From the NCBI GenBank assembly GCA_964392665.1, contig CAYMQB010000006.1, positions 7,856 through 71,855 of the forward strand: a stretch of DNA of 64,000 nucleotides. Reading direction: 5' to 3'. The translations under genes and the position numbers were made by a program. The notes under the pieces are model-generated. The model had not been told where the DNA came from and did not search any database. It saw nothing but the letters and a program-made list of their open reading frames with translations. Numbering within the stretch: position 1 is the first letter of the stretch; each line of letters begins with the position of its first letter. Positions 40,427 through 51,057 of the stretch are shown in pieces. The stretch comes from an uncultured bacterium. GTDB lineage: Bacteria > Hydrothermota > E44-bin80.

Positions 40427-40596
40427 TTTCCTTCCCCCTTTTGCTTTAGTTGTCTGGACTTAATACCGGTCCAGATCGAGAATACTACAATAATGAGTCC
40501 CATGCAGACATTGTGCCATTTAACGGGTTTGCCAAATAGTAAGCCTGAATAGGAAATCCAAATCCCCACATATAATAGAACCCAGTTCTGCCACAT
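40423..40596 (-). CDS. 57-aa two-TM protein, SPW-repeat-like (missing from ORF track)
   Basis: AGGAGG RBS; MWQNWVLLYVGIWISYSGLLFGKPVKWHNVCMGLIIVVFSIWTGIKSRQLKQKGEGK; ATGA overlap with next gene. Confidence 0.75.
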   Translation of the reverse strand: MWQNWVLLYVGIWISYSGLLFGKPVKWHNVCMGLIIVVFSIWTGIKSRQLKQKGEGK

Positions 40597-40647
40597 AATT
40601 CCTCCTTTTCATTTTTACAGTTTTTTCCCCACTATCGTTTGCTTTCA

Positions 40648-43600
40648 CTAGAATTTAAATTCCACCCATACATCCATTCCCGTTGTACTCGATTTTGTGT
40701 TTGTTTTCTTGTCGTTCATCATAGAATAATTAGCTATAAGTCCTCCTGTTATGTTTTCGGAAAAGTTATAGCTAAGACGCGGAGAAAGCATATAATTTAT
40801 CATATGATTCGTAGGTCCGTCTGGAACGCTTGAGGATGTAGAATAATTTTTCGAGTAGTTAAAATCCATTGCAGCATCGAGATTACTCGAGAAGTGTATC
40901 TTATGTCCGACCCATGGGAGTTTCAAGCCTGATGGTGCTCTGAATGAATAGGAGACGGAAAAATTGTAACCGGTGGTTTTCGAAGTTGTATTAACTTCCG
41001 TAGCTGCAATGCTCTTGGATTTGTTCGTTGAAAAGTTTCCAGAGATGTTTGTCCGTATATCTCTTAACCAGGTTAACTGGAAGGATGGACCCCAGGAGAT
41101 GTTATTGGATTCTGATTGAGGTTCGGAGTCAATTTCATTGGAACCTTTTTCGTCCCTATAATTTACCGATGCTGAAACGCTTTTAAGAACATTGTTCTTT
41201 GGAAGGAATTTCGTAACCTGCGGAAATTGTAGTCCGATATCGGGCCAGGTTGTCGATTTCGATGACTGTTTACTGGTTGGAGTAATGCTAGTGCTCTTAT
41301 TCTGGGTGAATGATGCATTAAGGGAGAAGAAATTTGCATTAAGTCCACTTGACGCCGTAAAGTTGTCGGATACGCTTCTATGGTCGTAAGGTGTAATACC
41401 CTCTTTGGGTTGTGAATGCTGTATTTCTTTTGGAATCGATTCGGCGAAACCAAATTGATATTCCCAGGATGGTCTGCTTTTGAGCAAGCCGAATGCCGTC
41501 TGTCTGTTTCTGCTGATGGATATATTTGGACGCTTAATATAGTTGGAAAATTGCTCGAGTTTAATTGCAAACCATCGAGGTGTGCCCGTAACTACCGTCG
41601 AGTCTTTTGTCTCATTTCTGATGTGTGTAATCAGCTGTAGAAGTTTCGGTAATGCAAAATCAAAAAACAGTGAAACAGTATTACTGTTCCCAACATTTCT
41701 TACAGGGAAGGAATCAACAACAAGGTTACGGTTGTCAGGTTTTCTGTCCTCTGTGTAATTCGAGTTGAAAGATAGGTTGGGTTTTGACCAATACCAGAAA
41801 CTGGGAGAAAAGGAGGAAGAAAAGGATTTGCCGAGGTTTACCTGTTCTCCAAATCTCTTTTTGGGAAGGTTGTTCTCATAGTTAATATCGAGATCCCTTG
41901 TTCTATCATCACTGTAACTTCCTCTTAGTATGTTGATAGGATTATATTGAACGCCATTTGACAGCGTTAAATATCTACTGAGATCGAATGTTGTCATTTT
42001 CCAGCCTGTTTCGTAGTTTGTGAATCGACTCGAAAGCGTTTTATTGTATCCTGTGGTTGAATTAAAACTCCCGGGGAAATAGTTGAAGTCGAACATATTG
42101 AAAATTCTTAAAGGTTTGAGTCCGGGTGCAAAGCTATAAGTTCCTGTTAAACCTCTATTCTTTGTTGAATCGAGGTTTGTGGGATTGAGTGAATAAGAAG
42201 TCTTATTGGATGCGTTTATTTTGACGGGGTCTATCAGGATGTGTGTTAGCAGGTTTGTCGAATTCGAGCCTTTGCTGAAATTGATATTTTCGCTTGTCGA
42301 ACCATTCATACTCTTTTCTTTTCTTGCCTGTTCACTATCAAGGATCACATCGGAGCCCGTTTTGTATTTCGGATAGCCAATGGATTTGTTTTGACTATAG
42401 GTTAAAGGAATGTTAAATCCCCAGACTTTGGGAAAGAATTTACCGAGTGCGAGATTTCCCTGATACTGGTAACTTAGAATATTCGACTGAGTAACCTTGT
42501 TCATATTGAGTTGCTGAAAGTCTGCATCGGTTTTTGAAACGGATCCCGTCAATATTATGAAATCCGCAACTTTCAACTGCGTCGAGATATTCATACTTGT
42601 CCCTTTATCCCTTCTTGGTGTGGTTAATCGCAATTCATCAATCCACATCTCTCCAGTTATTACCCCGTTGTTTTCATTTACAAATCCAATCTCCAAGTAT
42701 CTTACATTTGTGAGACTTGGATTTTTCACAAAGGAAAAGTTACCCTTCTTGTAATGTGTTGAATCCTCAGGTGCTTCCACCTTGAGATCTGTAAAGGATT
42801 TGAAAGGAATTATTATTTCTTCCCAGGAGGTAAGAAGAGTTTTCTCGAACTGGTAGTAGGTTGCAGAATCACCTCCAATTCTTATGAAGAATTTAACAGG
42901 ATTACCTTGCTGGCATTTAACATAGAATTTCATATCCTTATAAGTTGTATAATTTTCGGCTTTAGTTGTTTGTAAGAAGACCGAACCTTTGTGACGTGGA
43001 GAGATGTTCTGGTATTGAAGAACAAGGGATTGTTCCCTTTTTGGTCTACCGTACTGGTCTTCTCCAGGATCGAATGGAGGTGTGTAATCGGGATTTTCCT
43101 CCGTGTTTTTTTGCGTTACAAACAGTTCTTCGTCGGGCAGAATACCACTACCAAGGGTGTCAACAGATGAAATACCTTTGTTCTCCCAGGTTGTGCTTGT
43201 TATTTCGATCGAGTAAAACTGAAGGCTATCCTGGTGGCTGAAATTATCAAGCCACAGCCTTACATATTTAACATATTCCCAGTCCATCTGTCCTGATACA
43301 TTACTAATTGTTGTATCGTCAAGAGGAATTCTAAACAGTTTCCATCCCTTGCTGGTTTCTTCCGCTATATAATTCGAATCTGGATTCGAAAGAGAAATGG
43401 TATATTCGGTATATCTGGAGATCGTATTCAATGAACCGTCTCTGTCAAGGTCTTCCGAGTCGAGTCTGTTATTATTTTCCGTTCCATTTAATCTGTGGTA
43501 GTTTGAATCGTTTATCGTGCCCTCGGGGTAATCGTCGTTGGCATCATCACCAGAAATGTTATTGGAGTCTTTACCTCTCACGCCGTCCAGACCAGTATCC

Positions 43601-46203
43601 TCGTAATTTTCTGGATTTTTGTCAAGCAAACCGTCCTTGTTTTTATCCTCGGTATCTATCTTGCCATTGTATCCAACTATTTCTCCGTTTTTTGTCCATC
43701 TCGCTGCATCTTCGGGGATACTTCTACCGATATCGAAATGTAGCGTTCCTGTTGTGCCTCTTACCCAGAACTCAAGGAATTTTGCCTTTGTAAGGTCTTC
43801 ACCTGTTTTAGACATAAGATTCGTAATACTCATCCATGAACTCGGATCATCGTTTTTCGGATAAAAAACTAACCGCAGGTATGATGTAAGGTCATCTTTT
43901 TGTTCGTCCGGGAGGTTCGGGAAAATATCACCTCTCGGTATTCTATTGTTAGGTTCAAACCAGTAGTATGTACCAAGTGTACTGGTGTCTTTACCCTGAG
44001 GTGTACTGCCGAAATGCCATTGCCACATAGATGCACCTATGTTCGTTGTCTGTTTTACGCCTTCCATATCGTCCAAATAGACCTCCCCCGTTGAATTTGG
44101 GTCAGGCATTGAAAGGGCAACAACGCCTGTCACGTTTGCCTGAGAAGGTTCTTCCGTATCGATAAGAGGAATTTTATCTGTTAGGGTTGTTAAAAAATTC
44201 GGATGGGTTGTTATGCTACCATCGAGCTCGCCAACCACGACACTTCTAGGTTCCTGCCCCAATTTGGGTCTTTCGTCATAAGTAGAGATATTACGGTATA
44301 TCCAGCTTGTCCCTATTTTGTTATTGTCGCTCAATTTGTACTCTCCTCTGACACCTAAAAGGGACTTCGAAGCAGTCGAGAAAAAGGGTGCATACTGATA
44401 ATCTATCGTTAATGCTGCGTCAGATTGTGCCATTAGCTCTGTACCGCGACCTTTGAATTCAACCATACCGGTATTGTAATCTATCGTATAATCAACATCC
44501 CTTTGTAGAGTTACTCCATTTATTTTCACAACTTCGGAACCCTCGATTATATTCAGCTGTCCAAGAGTGATAACAGTTCTTGCACCTTTATACTGTAGTT
44601 CGATGTAATATTTTGCAAGGCTTTCGTCGATGGAAGTGGTATCATAGATTATTGTATTGGTGGAGTCGAGGACTGTGTCGGAGAACGGACGGGCACCTGG
44701 GAAAAAAATATATCCTCTTATTTCGTCTACGAACCACGGATCAATAAAACCGTTTTTATCCTCGTCAATTCCAAGAAGGTATGCATATTCTTCACCCTTT
44801 TGAGTAGATGAATCGACTCCAGCTCCTGAAGTCCTTCTTTTTACTGAGATTTGTATTTCGTCTTTTGTTACATCTGATGCACCTATCGAGTAAGTATTAC
44901 GTAATTCATAATTCCAGGTTGGATAAACTGGATTGTTGTTCTCGGGCTTGAGGAGTTTAAGCATAAGAGTATCACCGGGTGGAAATGAGCCGACCGTGTC
45001 AATAATCTGTCCGGTGTTCTTATTTTTCTTGATATACCTTATGGCGAGGACATATTCCATACCCAAATAGGTATTCAGGAGCAAAACGTTATCGTTATAG
45101 AGTTCATATCCGCTTGGAGGAAGAATTTTGTCGAACATACCGGTGTAGGCAAAGGTTGTATCAAGTGTATCTGCATCGAGGTAAACTTTGGCTGGAACTG
45201 CAATGCTGTCATTCGTATAGTTTCTGTCGTCGATATAAACATTCAAGTTGGTAATGGTATCGTCCGCACCAAAGTTCATATCCAGGTAGTAGAACTTGAG
45301 CCTTAAGTAATCTATGTCGTATATCTTTGTTGTATCCTGTTTTGCCTGTCCTATAAAGGTTGTCTGGTCGCTCTCTCCCTGTTCCTTGCTTGCTACTGCA
45401 GTAACATCTACAGGTCCGACTTTCAGCAGTGTTTTAATGCCAAACAGCCCTTTGTAGCTTGGTGGTGACCCTATTATCTTGGTTCCAGGTAGATTCATAT
45501 CGGTATCACCAGCCTCGATCAACTGCACGATTTCGTCTTCATCTCCCTTGTACTGGAGTTTTATTTTGTTCTGTAGGTCACTTTCGGCTTCACTACTATG
45601 GTCTATGAAGACGTTTATTTTTTCACCCACCGTTCCCTTAAGGTTAACGTTCAGTATCTGTTTCATCTTCAGTTCTGGTAGTATGGACCTGCTTTCATTC
45701 GGATAATGAACCTGGTCATACAGTGATGTTTTTTGACCACCAAAGTCTATCTTTTCGCTACCCTGTACTGAGAGTTTCCCCCCTTCACCGATAATACCGG
45801 ATATTGGAGTTTTTATCTTTGGAAGTTCTATATCTGGAACGATTCCCTGTGAATATTCGCTCTTTTCTTTCGAAATCAACTCTTCGGTTTTTTCTACCCA
45901 TAATTTTCTTGTGGAAAGCTCCGCGTGGTGTTTCAAGAAATCCTCCATACTCTGGATCTTATAGTAATCAAGAAAGACATCATCCTTGTAAAGTTCGTAT
46001 GATATCATCTGGGTTTCAAGATAATATTGAAGCGTTTTTTTTACTGGTGAAGTAGACGCAAAATACTTCTCCGCAAAGTCCTCCCAGGACAGTCTAAAGA
46101 TGATAGAATCCGTGGTCAGAGAATCGGTATTGATTTCCTGCGAATGCAAGAGGGAACTCTGAATCAAGAAAAATAAAACGGAAATAATTAAAACTTTCTT
46201 CAT
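40648..46203 (-). CDS. sprA: SprA/Sov-family T9SS outer-membrane translocon
   Basis: Signal peptide, VGEKINVFIDH, GDEDEIVQLIEAG, GLFGIKT, GEVYLDDMEG, WIDELRL, C-terminal barrel ending VEFKF; 1851 aa. Confidence 0.88.
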   Translation of the reverse strand: MKKVLIISVLFFLIQSSLLHSQEINTDSLTTDSIIFRLSWEDFAEKYFASTSPVKKTLQYYLETQMISYELYKDDVFLDYYKIQSMEDFLKHHAELSTRKLWVEKTEELISKEKSEYSQGIVPDIELPKIKTPISGIIGEGGKLSVQGSEKIDFGGQKTSLYDQVHYPNESRSILPELKMKQILNVNLKGTVGEKINVFIDHSSEAESDLQNKIKLQYKGDEDEIVQLIEAGDTDMNLPGTKIIGSPPSYKGLFGIKTLLKVGPVDVTAVASKEQGESDQTTFIGQAKQDTTKIYDIDYLRLKFYYLDMNFGADDTITNLNVYIDDRNYTNDSIAVPAKVYLDADTLDTTFAYTGMFDKILPPSGYELYNDNVLLLNTYLGMEYVLAIRYIKKNKNTGQIIDTVGSFPPGDTLMLKLLKPENNNPVYPTWNYELRNTYSIGASDVTKDEIQISVKRRTSGAGVDSSTQKGEEYAYLLGIDEDKNGFIDPWFVDEIRGYIFFPGARPFSDTVLDSTNTIIYDTTSIDESLAKYYIELQYKGARTVITLGQLNIIEGSEVVKINGVTLQRDVDYTIDYNTGMVEFKGRGTELMAQSDAALTIDYQYAPFFSTASKSLLGVRGEYKLSDNNKIGTSWIYRNISTYDERPKLGQEPRSVVVGELDGSITTHPNFLTTLTDKIPLIDTEEPSQANVTGVVALSMPDPNSTGEVYLDDMEGVKQTTNIGASMWQWHFGSTPQGKDTSTLGTYYWFEPNNRIPRGDIFPNLPDEQKDDLTSYLRLVFYPKNDDPSSWMSITNLMSKTGEDLTKAKFLEFWVRGTTGTLHFDIGRSIPEDAARWTKNGEIVGYNGKIDTEDKNKDGLLDKNPENYEDTGLDGVRGKDSNNISGDDANDDYPEGTINDSNYHRLNGTENNNRLDSEDLDRDGSLNTISRYTEYTISLSNPDSNYIAEETSKGWKLFRIPLDDTTISNVSGQMDWEYVKYVRLWLDNFSHQDSLQFYSIEITSTTWENKGISSVDTLGSGILPDEELFVTQKNTEENPDYTPPFDPGEDQYGRPKREQSLVLQYQNISPRHKGSVFLQTTKAENYTTYKDMKFYVKCQQGNPVKFFIRIGGDSATYYQFEKTLLTSWEEIIIPFKSFTDLKVEAPEDSTHYKKGNFSFVKNPSLTNVRYLEIGFVNENNGVITGEMWIDELRLTTPRRDKGTSMNISTQLKVADFIILTGSVSKTDADFQQLNMNKVTQSNILSYQYQGNLALGKFFPKVWGFNIPLTYSQNKSIGYPKYKTGSDVILDSEQARKEKSMNGSTSENINFSKGSNSTNLLTHILIDPVKINASNKTSYSLNPTNLDSTKNRGLTGTYSFAPGLKPLRIFNMFDFNYFPGSFNSTTGYNKTLSSRFTNYETGWKMTTFDLSRYLTLSNGVQYNPINILRGSYSDDRTRDLDINYENNLPKKRFGEQVNLGKSFSSSFSPSFWYWSKPNLSFNSNYTEDRKPDNRNLVVDSFPVRNVGNSNTVSLFFDFALPKLLQLITHIRNETKDSTVVTGTPRWFAIKLEQFSNYIKRPNISISRNRQTAFGLLKSRPSWEYQFGFAESIPKEIQHSQPKEGITPYDHRSVSDNFTASSGLNANFFSLNASFTQNKSTSITPTSKQSSKSTTWPDIGLQFPQVTKFLPKNNVLKSVSASVNYRDEKGSNEIDSEPQSESNNISWGPSFQLTWLRDIRTNISGNFSTNKSKSIAATEVNTTSKTTGYNFSVSYSFRAPSGLKLPWVGHKIHFSSNLDAAMDFNYSKNYSTSSSVPDGPTNHMINYMLSPRLSYNFSENITGGLIANYSMMNDKKTNTKSSTTGMDVWVEFKF

Positions 46204-46307
46204 AAATTATAAATTTCCATTATCTTACTTCATTTCATTAATATAGCATAAAGTAAAATAAAATCAAGCAAAAAAGAAAGGATAGTAAGCTGTCATTCTT
46301 ATTTGGC

Positions 46308-46336
46308 TTGACAATGCCATTCGGGCTTGATATAAT
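46308..46336 (+). promoter_or_regulatory. Consensus sigma70 promoter directly before lptF
   Basis: TTGACA-17 bp-TATAAT; ATG 7 nt downstream. Confidence 0.8.
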
Positions 46337-46342
46337 GTTTTG

Positions 46343-47578
46343 ATGATACTTTACAGATATTTCGTCAGAGAACATTTCATCCCCTTTTTTCTTGCACTTA
46401 TGGTTCTAACCTTTGTCCTTATAATGAACAGAGTCTTCGAACTAGTTAATAACATCGTTGGCAAAGGGCTGAGCCCGTATATTGTACTAAAAGTTTTTTT
46501 ACTCAGTCTTCCATTCATCATTGCGCTTACAGTACCGATGGCTGTGTTGGTTTCGGTGATTACCGTATTCGGGAGAATGAGTCAGGATTTCGAAATCATT
46601 GCTCTGAAAACAGGGGGAATCAATCTCTACAGGTTAATTCTTCCTGTTCTAATTGCCGTTATTTTGGTAAGCATGGGGATGGTATACTTCAATAATCATA
46701 TTCTACCCGAGTCGAATCATACGGTTAAAAACCTTCTTATAGACATAAATGAGAAGAGGCCGTCATTAAGACTGAAAGAGGGAATTTTTACAAAGCCATT
46801 TAAAGGTTATGACATATACATAAGGAAGATAGACCACAGGGAATCGATTCTCCTTGATATCCTAATTTATGAAACAAGTAAAGGACAGGTCAGGAAGGTT
46901 GTAACTGCAAATACAGGGAGGATGGAAACCTTCAAGGAAAAAGTAGTTCTAACTCTCATTGATGGAGAAATGCACGAAATTGACGAAAAAGATGCAAGTC
47001 ATTATAGAAAACTTGCATTCGAGAAACATACAATTACATTTCCGTTGAATGATGAATTTGTGGAAAAGGAGAGGGAGTTCAGGAGCGATAGGGAGTTGAG
47101 TGCAAAAGCAATGAGAGAAAGAATTTCAGATATTGATGAAGAAATAAGGAGATTAAAGAACAGTAAATCACCGCAGAAGGATATCGAGAGAAGAATTAAG
47201 ATAAAGAGAAAGGAAGTAAGTAGATACGCAGTCGAGATACAGAAAAAGTACTCTATTCCTTTTGCCAGCGTTGTGTTTCTTTTCCTCGGGATTCCTCTTG
47301 GGATAAAGACAAGGAAAGGAGGAGTTGCCGTAGCCACAGGGGTAAGTATTTTGTTTTTCGTTATATACTATATTTTTCTTGTGGGGGGGGAGGAACTCGC
47401 AGATAGAGGATTAATGTCGCCGTTCCTGGGAATGTGGATGGGAAATATCTTCTTCCTCGTGGTCGGGTTTTTTCTTACCCAAAGGAGTGTCTACGAGAAT
47501 AGCTTTGGGTGGTTTTTAAAGATTTTCAAGATTCGAAGACGCCACGGAGAGACTGCAGAAAGTAGAAGAAAAAGATGA
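46343..47578 (+). CDS. lptF: LPS export permease LptF
   Basis: ILYRYFVRE, GRMSQDFEIIALKTGGI, QKKYSIPFAS, GIPLG; paired with lptG. Confidence 0.9.
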   Translation: MILYRYFVREHFIPFFLALMVLTFVLIMNRVFELVNNIVGKGLSPYIVLKVFLLSLPFIIALTVPMAVLVSVITVFGRMSQDFEIIALKTGGINLYRLILPVLIAVILVSMGMVYFNNHILPESNHTVKNLLIDINEKRPSLRLKEGIFTKPFKGYDIYIRKIDHRESILLDILIYETSKGQVRKVVTANTGRMETFKEKVVLTLIDGEMHEIDEKDASHYRKLAFEKHTITFPLNDEFVEKEREFRSDRELSAKAMRERISDIDEEIRRLKNSKSPQKDIERRIKIKRKEVSRYAVEIQKKYSIPFASVVFLFLGIPLGIKTRKGGVAVATGVSILFFVIYYIFLVGGEELADRGLMSPFLGMWMGNIFFLVVGFFLTQRSVYENSFGWFLKIFKIRRRHGETAESRRKR

Positions 47579-48657
47579 AAATACTCGACAAACTTCTACT
47601 AGTGGATTTTCTGAAAGCACTTTTGTTTATTCTTATCGCTTTTGTGTTTATTTTTGTTATCGTTGACCTTTTCGATGATCTGGCGAGATTTATTGAAAAA
47701 AAAGTTTTGATATTCGACATTTTTATGTACTATGCATATCAAATGCCTTCGATTGCTGTGCTTGTTTTTCCTGTTGCAGCCTTGCTTTCTCTGTTTTTCT
47801 CGCTTGGCCTTATGGCGAAGAATTATGAGATACTTGCGTTAAAAGCAAATGGTATAACACTCTACAGGATTTTTTTCACCTATCTGGTTGCCGGTTTGAT
47901 GATGAGTTTGTTTATAATATTCATTAATGAGACACTTGTTCCGTATGCCAACGAAAAGGTAAGGTTGCAAAAGAGAATAAAGATAAACAAACTGCCAGCA
48001 ATAGATTATCATTATCAGAATGATCTTAAATACCTTGGGGAAGGTGGATATACTTATTCAATAAAAACATATGAAGGTAAAAAAAAGGAAATGAGAAGGA
48101 TTATTATTCTGAAATTCGATGAGCACCACAGAGTCGTGAGGAGGATCGATGCGAAGAGTGGTATTTGGAATGACGGTGTCTGGGAACTTAAAGACGGATA
48201 TGTTCGAGTTTTTACTGACAGTCTTGGTCAGAGGGTAACGGCGTTTAAAAGTAGGCAGTTCTCCGAATTAAAGGAGAAGCCCAGTGATTTTTCTAAGAGA
48301 GTGAAATCGCTTGAAGAAATGAAGTATTCGGAGGTTAAAGATTATGTGAGGAGATTAAGGAAGAGCGGAAAAGATCCGTCAATAGCCCTTTTGGAATTAT
48401 ATACAAAAATTTCTTTTCCTTTTGTTACTTTCATTATTATCTTCCTGGGTGCTCCGCTTTCTGCAGATACGAGGAGGAGTGGTATTGCACTTGGGTTCGG
48501 ACTTTCTCTGCTCATTAGTTTTGTTTATTGGGGTTCCTTGCAGATTTCTAAAGCCTATGGCATAAAAGGGGATGTTACACCATCTCTTGCTGCGTGGCTT
48601 CCAAACATTCTATTTGCGGTAATCGGTGTTTTTTTGATTGTCAGGATAAAAAAGTAG
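47575..48657 (+). CDS. lptG: LPS export permease LptG
   Basis: MKILDK, EILALKANGI, TKISFPF, AAWLPNILF. Confidence 0.9.
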   Translation: MKILDKLLLVDFLKALLFILIAFVFIFVIVDLFDDLARFIEKKVLIFDIFMYYAYQMPSIAVLVFPVAALLSLFFSLGLMAKNYEILALKANGITLYRIFFTYLVAGLMMSLFIIFINETLVPYANEKVRLQKRIKINKLPAIDYHYQNDLKYLGEGGYTYSIKTYEGKKKEMRRIIILKFDEHHRVVRRIDAKSGIWNDGVWELKDGYVRVFTDSLGQRVTAFKSRQFSELKEKPSDFSKRVKSLEEMKYSEVKDYVRRLRKSGKDPSIALLELYTKISFPFVTFIIIFLGAPLSADTRRSGIALGFGLSLLISFVYWGSLQISKAYGIKGDVTPSLAAWLPNILFAVIGVFLIVRIKK

Positions 48658-48707
48658 TATTGATGAATATTGAAAGATCAGATAAGCAAACATATGAGTT
48701 AACTTAA

Positions 48708-49664
48708 ATGTTAAAATTCGGGAACTCTGAACTCGCAAATGGTTTGGTACTTGCCCCGCTTGCCGGTTTTACCGATTCAAGTTTTAGAAAGCTGTGTAAA
48801 TCTTTTGGTGCAGAACTGGTTTTTTCTGAAATGGCTTCTGATGAAGGGGTGAGGAGGAGGATCAAGAAAACCCTTGATTATATACTTTTCGACGATGAGG
48901 AAAGACCTATTGGTATTCAACTTTTCGGTTCGAAGATAGAATCTATGAAAGAAGCAGCAGTGATAATCGAGAAGGAATTACACCCGGAGGTAATCGATAT
49001 TAATCTCGGGTGCCCTGTAAAAAAGGTTACAAAAACAGGCGCTGGGGCAGCTCTATTGCAAGATAAGAAGAAAATGCAGAAAATGGTTTGCTCGATTGTA
49101 AAAGCTGTAAATACTCCTATTTCGACAAAAATAAGATTGGGATGGAAAAGTGATGATTCACTTGAGTTATCGAAGATGCTCGAAGATTGTGGAATAAGTT
49201 TTATTACCATTCATTCAAGGAGAGCTATCGATGACTACAGTAAGAAAGCAGATTGGACGGTTTTCGAGAAAATTAAGAATAATACTTCAATTCCCATAAT
49301 AGCAAACGGAGATATTTGGAAACCTGAAGATGCGGTATTTCTAATTTCCGAGATCGGAGTTGATGCTGTTATGGTTGGTAGAGGAGCGCTTGGCAGACCC
49401 TGGGTTTTTAAGAAACTTAAAGATTATATGAACAACGGAAAATTAGAGAATAATATGAGTAGGAAAGATAGAATAGATATACTTCTGAAGCATATTGAAA
49501 TGATGAGACAGCGAATGGGTGAAGAAAAAACGGCACGGAGAATAAAGGGGCAGATCGGTTATTACCTTAAAGGTATGGGGGAAACCAGAAGAGCAAAACA
49601 GCAAATTCTGACAGCAAATAGGTTAAGCAGCATAGTAGATCTTCTCGAAGGAATGAAAAAATGA
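48708..49664 (+). CDS. dusB: tRNA-dihydrouridine synthase B
   Basis: LAPLAG, IQLFG, DINLGCPVKKV, KIRLGW, NGDI, VMVGRGALGRPW. Confidence 0.93.
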   Translation: MLKFGNSELANGLVLAPLAGFTDSSFRKLCKSFGAELVFSEMASDEGVRRRIKKTLDYILFDDEERPIGIQLFGSKIESMKEAAVIIEKELHPEVIDINLGCPVKKVTKTGAGAALLQDKKKMQKMVCSIVKAVNTPISTKIRLGWKSDDSLELSKMLEDCGISFITIHSRRAIDDYSKKADWTVFEKIKNNTSIPIIANGDIWKPEDAVFLISEIGVDAVMVGRGALGRPWVFKKLKDYMNNGKLENNMSRKDRIDILLKHIEMMRQRMGEEKTARRIKGQIGYYLKGMGETRRAKQQILTANRLSSIVDLLEGMKK

Positions 49665-49715
49665 AAATCGTATGTTTTTCTTGTAAATATCCAACAAATA
49701 TGTTAAGAGCGTAAT

Positions 49716-50933
49716 ATGAAATATGCAAAAAAGGGAACAGTGAAAATCTTTGTTGGTATATTATGTTTGCTCGTTCTATATTGCTCGCGCGAACGTGTTT
49801 CGAATCCAGTTTCAGATACGGAGATAAAAGAGCTAAAGATAACCTGTAAAGATGTTTTGAAAAGCGGAGAGAATATCGATTACGTTCTTCAAACAATGAA
49901 TATGGGTAGTAACGAACGATATGGTATTACGGAGAGTTTGAAGGAGTATCTTGATGTAAAAGCCTGTATGCCCGGTGATTCTGTTTTAGTGTCCAAGAAT
50001 CTTTCAGGTGAATTTTCTAAACTTGAATATGTAAAAAGCCGTTTTTTAAGATTCAATGTAACGAAAAAGGACACAGCGTATCATACAGAGAAAATCGAAT
50101 TAAAGCCTTCTATTGCGATATCGAATATCAGTAGTACAATATCAGGGAGTCTCTACGAGTCAATTGTTAAGTTAGGGTATTCTCCTGAACTTGTTTTTGA
50201 TTATGCGGATATCTTTGCCTGGGTAATCGATTTTTTAACAGAGGTTCAAAACGGTGATACTTTCGATATTTTGGTTGAAAAACAATACTTGAGTAATAGA
50301 TATGTCGGGAACGGCAAGATAATAGCGGCGTTTTACAAAGGGCAGATAGGACAGTATTTCGCATTTTATTTCAAGGATACTGAAGAAAAAGAGGATTATT
50401 ACGATGAGAAAGGCAATTCTCTCAGAAAGCAACTGCTTAAGACACCCCTGCAGTATAGAAGGATTAGTTCCTACTTTTCGTTGGCAAGATTACACCCAAT
50501 ACTGAAGATACGAAGACCACACTATGGCGTGGATTTTGCAGCTCCTCGGGGGACACCTGTTTGTTCTGTGGGTGATGGTCACATACTTTTTGCCGGTCGG
50601 AAAGGCGGATATGGAAAACTAATAGTTGTGAATCATCCTAATAGTTTTATAACATACTATGGGCATCTCTCAAGGATTAATAAGGGGATTGTGAAGGGCG
50701 CAAAAGTAAAACAGGGGCAGGTAATTGGGAATGTTGGTTCCACGGGTCTTTCGACCGGTCCGCACCTGCATTTCGGGATCAAGAAATCCGGAAGGTGGGT
50801 AAATCCGCTTAAAATTGACTTGCCTCCGGCGGAACCAATCAACGAGAAATACAGAAAAATTTATTTAGAAGAGATGAGTACAATAAAACAGGCAGTGTTC
50901 GGAAAAACTCTGAGATCGGACCGGGAAATTTAA
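49716..50933 (+). CDS. M23 peptidoglycan endopeptidase (MepM-like)
   Basis: HYGVD and HLH zinc motifs, GGYGK, YGHLS, STGLSTGPH. Confidence 0.92.
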   Translation: MKYAKKGTVKIFVGILCLLVLYCSRERVSNPVSDTEIKELKITCKDVLKSGENIDYVLQTMNMGSNERYGITESLKEYLDVKACMPGDSVLVSKNLSGEFSKLEYVKSRFLRFNVTKKDTAYHTEKIELKPSIAISNISSTISGSLYESIVKLGYSPELVFDYADIFAWVIDFLTEVQNGDTFDILVEKQYLSNRYVGNGKIIAAFYKGQIGQYFAFYFKDTEEKEDYYDEKGNSLRKQLLKTPLQYRRISSYFSLARLHPILKIRRPHYGVDFAAPRGTPVCSVGDGHILFAGRKGGYGKLIVVNHPNSFITYYGHLSRINKGIVKGAKVKQGQVIGNVGSTGLSTGPHLHFGIKKSGRWVNPLKIDLPPAEPINEKYRKIYLEEMSTIKQAVFGKTLRSDREI

Positions 50934-51057
50934 GATAGCTGTTGACGAATGTAAGGCACGTCAGAATGGTGCAATGGTAAGAGAATGATTTGCGCACAGC
51001 ATTCGATAAGTATTTTTTTGTGTTGATTGATATAGCGAAATCAGAGGTAATACTTTT

